From Cyanophora paradoxa CCMP329 (taxonomy: Eukaryota > Plantae > Glaucophyta), in assembly GCA_004431415.1 (NCBI GenBank), contig QPMI01000265.1, positions 1-64,000 on the forward strand: a DNA stretch of 64,000 nt. The letters are read 5' to 3'. Under the pieces are notes generated by a model, which saw only the letters and a list, made by a program, of their open reading frames with translations, searched no databases and was not told the DNA's origin. This document shows positions 31,386-43,500 of the stretch, in pieces. How positions within the stretch are numbered: position 1 is the first letter of the stretch; every line of letters starts with the position of its first letter. The position numbers and the translations under genes are program-made.

Positions 31386-31450
31386 AGAGCCCATGGATTG
31401 CTCAACGAACACTGCTAGTCCGAACAGCTACTGGTCTAGTCTGAAATGCA
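31386..31450 (+). repeat. Dispersed repeat, copy 2, just 3' of the SQS stop
   Basis: Matches 25686-25770. Confidence 0.8.
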
Positions 31451-31472
31451 CCACGTGTCTATGCTGAACTTA

Positions 31473-34022
31473 CTAGAACCTGGACTGATAGCGGTCGATG
31501 AGCGAGGCTGACACGTACAGAACTGGAGGAAGAAGGGCAATGTTCGCAGTTGGGTCCAGCGTGTCCAAACGCGAATACATGTAGAAACTGCACGCTGCAA
31601 GGGCAGCCCCGAAGACTGCAGTCCCCAGCCACGAAACAGGCTTTGTAGACTTGGGTATCAATGCTTCAGCATCCTTGATTGATTGCACAGTCCTGGCATA
31701 TGAAGTGAGACAGACGGATTGTCTCATATGTTTGCATCTCTTACCACGGAAGAACAGTTGTGTTCGCAGCAGACCGTGTCTCTGTGCGGAGAGACTTCAG
31801 GAAGAACGCAAACCAGCGATACACAGCATCCATATCATTGCAATCCAAGATGATCTGTGCAGATGTCCCATTAAAACAGATCAACTAGACGATGTGATTA
31901 CAAACCTTTACACTCAGGCCGCGCCGAAGCTTTACAACACCCGTAAAGACATTAGGGTTGTTGTAGATTGCTGCAAGAGTGGCAATCGCCATTATCTGGG
32001 GAATCGCACAGAACTTGAACACATTCTGCAGAAAAGCATGATGAGTGTGCACATGCCCTAGTGGACAGATTGCGCTTACAGGATCCTTGAGGCCTCGCAA
32101 GTACTCAAAGCAGTCAGGGATGTGACGAAGTGCGTCAGTGATGAGGTGGTTGAGGCACTCGAGGCCCTTTTGACCCAAGAAAAAAAGTTGAGATGCGCAG
32201 ATGTCGGATTAAAGATAAGACCACCTTGCTCAAATTCTCCTTCTTGGAAAAAGCAGCAATCTCAGGTGCATACTGGGCCCTGGTACATGCATTCAGAGCG
32301 ATGCAAAACAAGGCTTTGATGTACGCACCACACTTCCTTTGGCCAGAAGATCCGTTTGTCAAGCAGATCTGCAGAAATTGAAGTTAATGTCTCTGTGCTC
32401 GAAGCACGACGGGGCAGGATAATTAGAGCGAACCTTCCAGATAATCTCTGATGATGTTCACCTTCTGCAGGAAAAGCCCCATACTGTTCGACAGCTTATC
32501 CTTCGAAGCGTAAGATTTATCTAAGATAAAAGGTTCATGTGAGAGCAAGTACTTGCGACAAAAAAGCAGCAGAACCTTCGATTCCAGAAGCAGCAAACAT
32601 CTTCGAGAGACCTATTCCCACGAGGCCCGCCACATAGTGACAGTAGAGATTATAGTCTTCCAAAGAGTCGACCGTCTTCTCCACAAAGTCTGCCATGCCA
32701 TTTCCCATTCTATTCGTGATATCTTTGATTACCTGTTCGCCCAATTAGAACGGAGAATTTCGCAGAAAAAGCAAAACGCGCGAATTGCCTCCTGGTATCT
32801 GAGGAGGGCTTAGCTCTGGTGTCACCAATAGTGCAGAATATAAGCTGTGGAACGCACGCAGGCTTCAGCTTGCGGAAAACCTCCTGGACGCGATCGAAGT
32901 TCTGAAGCAGTTCTAGCTCCTTTCCCTTTCCAGCATCTTTAAAAGCGCAGATGATAAGCTTTCAATGTAGCTTCGCACGTGTGCAAATTTGCAGACCTCC
33001 TGCTTTCCAGCTCACTTCTCCGAGGTGATTGTGGAAATCTCGGAGGCGTGCGACGCGTGTGGCCTTTGGAATTGTTGTGTCGTCCTCTGAGGCGAAATTC
33101 AAGTCTGTGCGGAGCAAGGGGCCAGGAAGGCAAACCGACAGTGTCCAAGGCACGGAGAACCAGATAGAAGATGCAAACCTGCTCTCATGTCAGCGGCTTG
33201 CCGGAAAATTCAGTTCGTGCTACACACAGGATCACGGAGCTCATCACCAAGTTGTTGGATGACCACCTGCCAGATGGCGATAAGAAAACATACCGCCCAG
33301 ATGACGAATTTCACGCAGCGTACCGCAAAAGAACGACTGACAGCAACAAGCATGCGGTAGCTGTACTTCCATGCTGAGAATTCATGAACGGTACGCTGGT
33401 AGCAATTCGAGAAACTGGAATGCACCTGGGTCAGGGTGATCGGTAGTTACTGCCTGCGAAAAAAAAGTTAGGCGCTACTGCTTTCTGCAGCTGCCTGGGC
33501 TATCAAGAAGATACTATCAGCCGCCAGCCGGAAGGTTACAAGTGTTCTAAAACCGGTGTTGGGGTGACAACGGGCAGGGACAACACACGTTGTGCCTGGT
33601 TTACTTTAAATCGGAGCCCCGATCTATTTGCGCATGTAATACGGATGCAAAGAGCGCCTACCGACACGCCCTTCAGCGCCGAGGACGACTGAAGCCTGTA
33701 TCGCGGACTCGTCAGCGACGCTCAGCAATCTGAACTAGCGGGCGTGTGAAGCACGTCGGGTCGATGTCCGATCACATAAAGATTTCTTAGCGCGCGTATA
33801 GCTACACTAGCTAAGCCGCGGAACGGCGCGAACGCACTTGTACCGAACCAACGACAGAACCTAGGGTGCAGCGGTCAGGCAGCGCGGCGCGAAACCGGCG
33901 CGCAAGTGAGTACCTCGTCCGGGCGGGAGAAGCTCTGCGCCGAAGGTGGCGTTCAGTGAATTTGCCGCGAGCTCAGCGAAGGGCAGCTGCACCTTGGCGA
34001 AGGCGCGCGCGATTTCCCCCAT
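31473..34022 (-). CDS. SQS1: Squalene synthase (farnesyl-diphosphate farnesyltransferase) with five 5' micro-exons
   Basis: VSRSFA|[24 protein letters not shown]|[59 protein letters not shown]; C-terminal TM anchor. The N-terminus [10 protein letters not shown]|SFSRPDE|VLSLVRYK... is assembled from micro-exons. Confidence 0.95.
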
Positions 34023-34727
34023 GATGATGGAGGTATGACTAGCGCCCGGAGGTATGACAATCTACGTCCGCTCTTCTGCTTGGCCGTTAACCTTTGGTGC
34101 GCGGGCGATGTGATCGTGCGCAAATTAAACGCACTGGACGCTCGCGGCGCTCGCCGCTTCTCCTCTCGCTTGAGCTTGAACGTCGACCGTACGTATACCC
34201 CTGATTGGCCGGTTCCAGCTAAGTACCCCCCCCCCCGTTCCGGCTAAGACGAGGAACCGGCCCACGAATGACAGCTAGCGCTGCAGGTATTTCAAGAGCA
34301 CGTGCGGCACGGATCAAGATCAAGCTTAAGGTTGCCGGCCAACCAGCTGCAAATCTAAATCAAAGTCGAAGTTCAACCCCGCCCAACCCCGCCCAACGTT
34401 TACCCCAATAACCAACTTTGGCAATGCCCCAAAGTCAAAGTTCAACCCCGCGCTGTGCTGCAATTTGAATTGCAAGCGCTAGAAGGGGTATAGCTAAGAA
34501 AGAAATAGCTAAGCGAAGGGCCGGGAGAGATAGCAAAAGCTACCAGCAACGGCAATTGCAAGGGTTGCACCCTCCTGCGTGCATGTAGCCAGACACCTCA
34601 CAGGGGTCCCCACCCACACAAACCAGTGGACAGGGAGCGGTGGATTCTCCAGAGCAGACTGGCAGGTTTGCTTGACATTTGGGGGGGTGTTTGTTTTCTA
34701 GTTCCTTGTTTGGATTTGGAGCTCCGC

Positions 34728-34774
34728 CACAGATGCAGCTACCTAGCCACTAGCTTGCGTTTCTACGCTGAACG
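34728..34774 (-). mobile_element. Fragment of the 3'-end-associated repeat family downstream of PRP31
   Basis: cacagatgcagctacctagccactagcttgcgtttctacgctgaacg matches 26134-26180. Confidence 0.7.
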
Positions 34775-34941
34775 CAGTTCAGTTCAAGCAAATCAAAATC
34801 AAAAGACGAAGTCCAACGTTAAACCCTTCCAACCCCAGCCCCTTGTCGTCTAGGGACGTTCGCAAGGGGCCCGAACTTGATGCGCATGGACTGCTTTCCT
34901 TTCGAATGACTCCTCCCACACAACAGGAAGGGAAAACTCCC

Positions 34942-37191
34942 TCACTTTGGGCCGGGGAGAAGGGACGCTGGCTCCTTCTTGATCTGGGAAAACTGTGCAC
35001 TCCCTCCTGTTAGAGCCTTGAAAGGCAAACACCATCGATATCAGCACCAGGGTGTGCACCGTGCCAGAGCTGGAGAAATATTTGCCACCATCCTTCTTTC
35101 CGGCAGGCTGGGCGTTGGGGTTCACTAGTTCCAGACCCTGGACCGGCGTGAAAACGATTGAAGACGAGATGCCACTCGTCAAGCCTGAGCTCCCTGTCGG
35201 CCGCTGCTTGATGAGCTTCATCTTTGCTGCGCAACAGGATATATGTTGAGACTTGTTGAATGCCGGGATGTGGCACGAGAGGCGGACCCTTGGTCATGAT
35301 CTTCTGGTCCTTCGGTGTGATGCGCAGTTTTCCTGAGCCCTCGACGCCAAGGAGGCCAAAGCCCCTTCCGGTGGCTTGATACTCCTCCTCCGCCTTGCCG
35401 AATGCAATGCGGTTTGCCGCCTTGCGCACTTCCGACATCACGTACCGCTCTTTCATCCGCCGCACCCTACCAGGTGCACGGAGGGCGGATTTAGCAGGAT
35501 CATAGCACAAACAGGACATAACGAACGCACCGCTTGCCGGCACGTTTCGTTCGCGGCTTGGAGTCCGGCGCCGGGAGGGGCTTCGGTGCCCGCGGAGGGG
35601 GTGGCTCCTGGAGCTTCTCCAGGCGCTTTGTGATGTCGGCAAGGAACTTCTTCCCAACTGAGCCTGCAGAAAAAATCAATGCGCAGAATGAAGGGCACGC
35701 ACGGGGAGGCCAACCATCTGGTGCCTCATGGAAGCTGTCGATGCGGGCGGCGAGTGTGAGCCTGCACAGGCAACTGAGGTCACCACGGACAAGCCCCACA
35801 GATAAACAAAAATAAATCTGCTGACTTGGCGGCAATGACACGCTGTGCCTTGACACGGAGTGAGGGCGGCGTGTTCTGCACGATGTCTGCAGTGTAGATG
35901 AACCCTGCGTGTGGAAGGGCGCTGGCCGTCGACATCCCCGCAAGGTTCTTCTTTCGCTTTCCAAGCACCTGCGCATCCCCACACCAGTCAGCCACCCGCT
36001 CGCTGCAGTTCGCGACATGCCGTTTGCGAACCTGCACGTTGCAGCCCGGGATCTTGGAGAGAGCCACAAGGCCTCCAGCAGCAGCGACAATCTTTGCGGC
36101 GATGGAGCTGCCCACGATAGCGCTAACGTTTGGCGCAATGAAGGACATACGGCTCTCGACGTAGTCGATGATCTGCGCCGAGCTCGAACACTCTAAACGC
36201 CTAAAGGGGCCCCCGCAGCACCTTCTTCTTGCACGCGTCGAGCTCAAGAATCTCGGTGCAACCCTGCATGACGTTCGCGAGCTGCGCATCGTCCAGCGGT
36301 GTGCCCGACGTGGTCGACCCCGTCACAGAGACGACCATAATAGTGGCGGAGGGCAGTATTCCCGTCAAGTCTATGAGCGTCATATCCTGAGACGCACGGC
36401 GTCAGTGGCTGCTACGTGCAGTGGCTGCTACGTGCAGTGCTGGGTGGTGGTGCACCATCTCATTGCCGATGGTGCGGACGACGCGGGCGTAGTCCAGAGG
36501 GTTCAACACGAGGGACTCCAGCTCCGGAAATTTGTGCGCGTACAGATCCCGCACGTACTTGTGGAGAACAGCAACCTCGTTTTCGATTTCAATCGACAGC
36601 TGCGATGCCCGCGTTAGGAGGCTTGCATCTTAAAGCCTAGCGCGTGACGCCGCGCCTGGTTGGACTCCACGATGAGCTGGTATTCGGGATCCTCTTCTAT
36701 GGGGCCAACGACCCCGTCTGAGCGTGGGTTTTGCATCAGCTCTGTAATTTTCTGCGCGTGCGATCAACAAAAGCGCTTCCACGGTCATTACAGCGTTCGC
36801 ATTTCACCTCCAGGTGCTTCTTCATGCGCTTGCTGTTCCGGATCTTCGCTATATTCGCGAAGGCAGCGTTCTTCGCGGCTTCCTCGATGGCTTGCTCCCT
36901 GGATTTCTGCGGCAAGTTCAGGAAGTAGGTACGACGCGTTTCGGGCCAATACGCACCTCAATTTCCATCAGATCTTTGCTCTCCTCGTCCTGGGGCTCCT
37001 CCTTCACCTGCACCTCCTCGCCCGCCTCGCCGTTGTCATCTAGCGCCGCATAAGCGCAAGTTGCGAACCAGCGCCCCGCGTCGACGCGCACCTTCGCCGG
37101 CCGACTCGTCGCCCTCCTGATCCTCTGCCTCCTCCGCGCCCGCGCCAACATCGTCCTCAAGGTCCTCGAGGAACGCGTCGGCGAGGGACAT
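34942..37191 (-). CDS. PRPF31: U4/U6 snRNP protein Prp31
   Basis: MSLADAFLEDLED, GPIEEDPEYQLIVESN, YVESRMSFIAPNVSAIVG, SKIPGCNVQ, LTLAARIDSFH, KLQEPPP, SGLTSGISSSIVFTPVQGLELVNP, KYFSSSGT|FSQIK...*. Confidence 0.96.
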
Positions 37192-37514
37192 CGTCGAGCG
37201 CTGTTACCAACTCGAAGGGCGCACGCGCCGCTCTACGGCCTCTGCGAATCGCGGCTGACGGAAGCCTTCGGCACCTCGGCTTACAAACGACCTGCCGTCG
37301 CTTTCAACCTGCCTATATGTGCACGTGGATGCCCCTCGAACGCGGCGGTCTTCTTGAGGGGCTGAACTGTCTCTCGCTCTTCTTCGAACGCGCAGGAGCG
37401 ACTGTAGAGACGGTACCCCTCGTTGGAGTGCGTACCCCTACTGTCAGCTGCGCTGCCACCTGCGCTGGCGTGGCCCGCGCAGTACGCGCTTTTTGAGGCG
37501 CACAAGATAGCACC

Positions 37515-40500
37515 ATGCTCGAACCGTTCTTGCATGCGACGCTTCTTGGCGGCGGCGGGGCGATACGCCCGGAGGCGCTCCGCGCAACGCTTCAGCAGGC
37601 GCGTACTCGTACAGAACCCTGCGTGCAGGACGCGCGGTTAACCTGGGAGCAAACAGGCGGTGGTACTCATCGCACAGAGCGGTGGCCATGTAGAGGTCCA
37701 CAGCCTGCCTCCTGACTATCGAAGGCGCGGGAGCGTGACCGCTACCCGCAGAGTGGAGCGGATGCCGCGCAGGTGCTTCAGCGCATGTGCCAGCACAACA
37801 ACGTGTGCGGCCGCGTATGGAAGAAGGACGGTGCCGATCTTGCGTTCAGCCCCGTGAGTGGTGCGTTGATGCCGCGTTAGAAACCGCGTACAAGTGCCGC
37901 AACTGCGAAATGGACCCGACATGTGCGATTTGCGTCGATTGGTGCGCTTGCCGAGGCCGCCTGACGTCGCATGCGCCCTCGGCCTCATTCTCGCCACAGC
38001 TTCGATCCTGCCATGCACGCTGGGCACGACTACTCCATCATTCGCACGGGCGGCGGTTGTGCGCCGCTGCTAGCCGATCAATGCCTGCACATCACGCTGA
38101 CCCGCCACAGGCTGCGACTGCGGAGATCCGCAGGCGTGGTACGACACTCGATTGCAAATCGTTAGCTTTATTCAGTTTCCTGCAGGAAGCAAGAGGGTTT
38201 CTGCCGGCAGCACCGCGGCGCGTCGGAGGACTCGGACCCCCTCGTTGGCGTGCCAGCAGCCGTGGTCGCGAACGCACGCGGGGCGGTCCGTGTTGTGGGA
38301 CGATTCATTGGGGATCGGCTCGACGAGCTTCCGGCCGCCCCGGCCATCGCCAACCTGCAGGTGCCTACGACCCTCGACTCCGCGGCGCCCTGTCCGATCC
38401 TGATGCGCCCACAGGAAGCGCTCGCGTGGCTCACGGGCCTCTGCTCTCTGGGCGATGCGCTGCGTCGCATCGTCTGCGAAGAGCTGTGCCGCGCAGGCCC
38501 GCGGGAGGCCGAGTGCGGTCCGCACCGCGACCCCCCCCCCCCCCCCCCCCCGGGCTCAGGGCGGAGCTTAAGCCCGCGTGCAGGGGTGGTCTCGCGTCTG
38601 ATGCAGTTTGATCGACTGCCGAACGCATTGGCGCCGCCCGTCCACAACCTGTACTTTCAGCTCATCCTCGAGTGCGACGGCCCGCGCCAGGCGAACCGCC
38701 CCGCCCGCCCACCGCGCCCCTGACGACCCTTCACAGCGTGCCGTTCAAGACGACCTTCACCCGCCTCTTCATCGCGAACTACCCCCGCTACATCCACGCC
38801 CTCGTTCGCCGCTGGGGCCCCGCCTCGGCAGCCCAGCACCCTCGCGAGCTTCCCCGCAGATGGCGTCCAACGACGACGATGGCGGGCCTGGCGGCAGCGG
38901 GGACGGCGGTAGCAACGCGTGCGCCCCGTAACGCTCGGGCGCCTCGCCGCGGACGACGTTGGGCGCAGGGTCGGCTCGGGCATGGACAACTTCTCCGTCC
39001 AACTCTTTACCGTCCCGAACCTCACGCCGCGGTCCTTGCTCGCCACCCCGTCCCGCCTCGCCCTCGCGCCTGACTGCTCGACAGATGCGTGCGCGAGGGC
39101 GGCCTGCTGCATACCCTCCTGGGCACCCTCCACTCCTCCTTAGAACGCACCCTCATCCGTGTCCCGCCGCCGCCTCCGGAGCCGGCGCCCGGCGGCCCTC
39201 CCGCCGCCCTCATCTCTTCCCCGCCGTCCGCGTCCTTGCCGCCGCCGACCGAGGGACCGGGAGGGGCCGCCGCCGGCCCCGCGCCACTGCGGCTCGGCGC
39301 GGCAGCTGCGGGCGGGGCCGTGGCAGGCGGGGCGCTGGGCCCCGGAGAAGGGCGGGTGCGGCTGCCGGAGCAGGTGGACTGCAGCCAGGCGGGGGCGACG
39401 GACAAGTACTACTGGCGCGTCACCACCGACCTCCGCTACGTCCTCGCGCACCCCTCCGTCGCCCAGTGCGCCCCGTCCGGCCCCGTGCCTGCGCCGGGCC
39501 GACGCGCTGCAGGCACGCGCTGTACGCGCGGCCGGAGCTCTTCGAGGCGCTGGTGCGCATCTACGCGCGGATGCACGCCATCAACGGGCAGGCGCGCGCC
39601 GAGGGCGCCCACGTCGAGCACGAGTCGGACGCCTGGCAGTTCGCGTTCACCCTCGAGGCCCGCCCCGCCCCACCCCGCCCCGGCCCCTCCCCGCCTCCCT
39701 CACGCGGGTCCAGATGGAGGCCCTCCAGCTCGTCCCGCCCCTGCTCGCCGGTCTCCGCGCCGGCGACACGCCGCTCCCCGACGGGGCCGCTGCGCCTCCG
39801 CCGGACGCCCCCGGGGGCCCCGAGCCGGCGCGCCTGCGGGAGCTGCTGGCTCACGTGGCGGGGCAGCTCGGGAGCTGGTACGAGCAGGCCGGCATGGCCG
39901 AGCGCGCGACCGCGGCGGGGCGCGTCGCGGACGCGGCGGCCGCGGGGCCCGGGGACGCCTTTACGTTCCACCTGCCCCTCGTCCGCCTGCACGCCGCCCT
40001 CGCCTCCGAGGCCACTCGCCTCTGGCCCCTGCCCCTGCCCGCTCTCCTCCCCGTGCGCCCCCGCGCTGCCGCCCCGCGCCCTCCCCCGACACCGGGCCGC
40101 AGGCGGAGCCGGCGTCGCTGGCGCCGTGCATGGCGGACCAGCTGCTGCGCCTGCAGCTCTTCCTGGCGGAGATCCGGGCCGGCCGTTGGGTGCGCAACGG
40201 CCGCTCCCTCCTCTCGCAGCTCGGCCTGTACGGCGGCGTCCACTGCTTCTGGCTCGACTGGGACCTCTTCTCCCTGCAGGTCGCGCCCCCGCCCCCCGCC
40301 CCGCCTCGCCTCTCCCCACAGCCCCCCGCAGCTCTGTGCCCTCGCCATGGGTCCCGAGCGCTTCCTCTGGGCCGCACTCGCCCGCTGGCGCCTCGAGCCT
40401 TTCTTCTCCTTCGATGCGTCCCGCGATGGTGCGCGCCGCGCGCCGGCGCTCGGCGCTGGGGGCGAGCGGGGGCCGCAGGGGCCGGGGCGGAGGCGTGGCA

Positions 40501-43500
40501 GGCGAGTGTCGGGGAGGAACTGCTCGTGCTCCTCGTGCGGATTCTGCAGGAGCGCTCCCGCGCCGGCCTCTTCCACGAGGCCGCCGTCCGCCGCGAGCTC
40601 GTCCACCGCCTCGCCGCCGAGGACTGCACCCACAGGCTCGCCCGCCCGCCCGCCTGGCCCCCGGCCCGCGACCCCCGCCCGAGCCGGCGTGAGCAGCCAG
40701 GTCCTCAAGCACATCAGCAAGCGCGCCAAGGAATGCAAGAACCTCGAGGCGATCATTAAGGAGGTGGCGACGTACCAGGCGCCCGACCACGTGCGGCTGC
40801 AGCAGGGGCGCTACGTGCTGCGGCCCGAGTGCTGGCGCGAGGTGGACCGCTTCTACCCGCACTACACTCGCCGCGACCTCCAGGCCCTCGACGACCGCAC
40901 CGCCGCCCTCCCCGCCAACGTCGCCCCCTCCCAGTGCGCGCCCCGCACCCCGTCGCCGGCGCGCCCCGACGGCCCTGCAGCGCCTTCGAGCCGAACGACG
41001 CGGCGCTCTTCCCGGCCCTGCGCGGTCTACCGGGGGCCCTCTCCTGCCGCGCCACCTTCGCCCTCGTCGCCGCCGCGCTGCACGCCGCCGCCGCAAACTC
41101 GTGCGCCCGCCCCGCCCCCGGCCCCGCCCCGCTGACCCCCATGCAGGCCCCGCGCGACACACGGCTCCGTCACCGCCGCCCTCCGCCTCCTCGCCCGCCT
41201 CTGCCGGGCCGCCGCGGGGCGCCCGCCCTGCGCCTGCTCGGAACCTGGCGAGGCCCCCGCCGAGGGGGTGGCGGGCCTTGCGGAGGCGGCGGCGCAGCTA
41301 CCCTCCGAGTGGGACCCGGCGCCGAACCTCCTCCACCCCTTCCGCATCCGCCCCGCCTCGCCTCAGGCCCGCCTCGTCCCTCTGGCCCGCCCCGCCAGGC
41401 GCTGACGGTTTGGGCGCAGGAGGGGGAGTCGGCGCGCCCGGGCCCCGTCTTCCGCATATTGGATGCGCTGCTCGCCCTGCGGGCCGCCCCTCAGGCCACC
41501 GCCCTCCAGCGCGCCGTGCGGGCCCCGCCGCCCCGCCCTCGCCCCGCCCGACACCCGCGCAGGACGCCGACCTCATCATACGCCTCGCCGCCGAGCGCGG
41601 CGGGCCCTGCGGTGATGCCATCCGCCGGGACGCCGCCGCCGCAGCCGCAGCAGCAGCAGCCGCGCAGCCGGCGGCGTCGGCGAGCCCGCCGGCGCGGGCG
41701 GCGGCGGGGCAGGAGGAGGAGGAGGGGTCGGGGCGGCGGCGGGCGCTGAAGGAACGGCAGGCGAAGATCATGGAGGAGTTCCGCCGCAAGCAGGCCGCCT
41801 TCGCCGCCGCCGCGGGGCCCTCGCCCTCCCCCGCGCCCCCGTCCGTCTCTCCGAGCCCGCCTCCGGCCTCCGCCTCTGCTTCCACGCCGGCGTCCGCCAC
41901 GGAGGCCGCGGAGGCGGCCTGCGATGGCTCACCGCTGTGCGCGCTTTGCAAGGAGCGCGGGGCGGGCCCCGAGGGGCGGCCTATCGCATACCTCTCCTTC
42001 GTGCAGCCGTCGCGTCTACTCGCCCTCGCGCACCCCGACCGGTCCCCATCTGCCGACGAGCCGCGCATCATCGTGGGCCCCCCTGCCCTGCCCGGCGCCA
42101 AGCCCCGCGGCGTCAACTCGCCCCGGCCCTCCGCCGCCGTCTCCCGGCCCATCGCCGCCCCACCCCAGCCCCAGCAGCCCGCCGGCCCCACCATATCTCC
42201 AGCGACAGCGGCTGCTGCATTTGCGGCCGCCGCCGCCGCCGCCGCTGCCGGCGGCGGCGCGGCGGGCGCGGGCGCAGCTGCGATGGCGGCGACCGCGGCG
42301 GCGACGGCGGCGGCAGCGGCGGGCGGCGGGCGCGTGGTGGCGGGCGCGGCGGCGACGGCGCTGGCGCAAGCGCTCGTGCGGGCTGGGCGCGCTGCGGTGG
42401 AGGCTGCGCAGGAGGCCGGCGCGCAGGCCCGCCGGCGCGCCGAGGCTGCCCTTGCCGGCGCCGCACCCGGCGTCCCCCCGGCGGTTCGCTTCCCCCCTTC
42501 CCCCCCCCCCCCCACTTCCCCCTCCTCCTTCCCCCTCCCCCCCCCCCCCCCCCCCCCCTCCCCGATGCCCTCCACGTCGTGGGGGCCGACGCGGGGCGCG
42601 TCGCGGCAGGAGGCGCAGGCGGCACGGGACGAGGCGGCGGGGGCGGCGGCGGCGGAGGCCCTGGGGCAGTGCGCGGCGCCGGGAGCGCGGGGGGCGCTGG
42701 TTGGGTACGAGGGGGCGCAGGCTGATGGAGACCCTCGAGGGGCTCGAGGAGGGCGAAGAGGCGATGCCCGACGGCGACGACGAGGAGGAGGGGGAGGGCG
42801 GGGAGGAGGCCGAGGGCCGGCGGCGGCGCCAGCGCGAGGAGATGGCGCAGGCGGCGCAGGCGGAGGAGGAGCTCGAGGCGATGGACGAGGACGACGACGG
42901 GCCCTGGGCCGACAACGACGACGACGACGAGGCCCGCCCGCTGGCCCCTCCCCGCGCGGCGGCTGCTAACGGGCGGGCGGCGCAGCTCGCGGACGCGGAG
43001 GTGGAGGAGTGGAACCTGCCGCCGGCGGCGGGGGCGGCCCCCTCGCCGATGGTGCTGGACGAGGAGGCGGCGGGGGTCGCCTCCTACGAGGCCGTCGCGG
43101 GGGTCCCCTTCGACGAGCGCCCTGCACCGGGCGCCCACGCCTCCTTCTGCGGCCACGCCGTGCGGCCCTCGGCCCCCGCCCGGGGCGGCGCGTGATGGGG
43201 CGCGGGGCGGCAGATGCACGTGGAGTGCTTCGAGCGGTACCTGGCGTCGCTGGTGCAGCGGCACGCGGCGATGCGGACGTACGAGGGCGACGCCATCGTC
43301 GAGCTCGAGCGCGCCGAGATCCTCTGCCCCACCTGCCGCCGCCTCTCCAACGCCCTCGTGCCCCTCACCCCGCGCCTCGCCCCGGGCCCCGCCCCGGCCC
43401 CGCCCGCACCCGACGGGGACCCTCTCCGCACCGCCCTCGACGCCCTCGCGGCCGCCCTGCGGGCCGCCGCGGAGGCGCCGCCCGGGCGGCGGCGGCGGTG

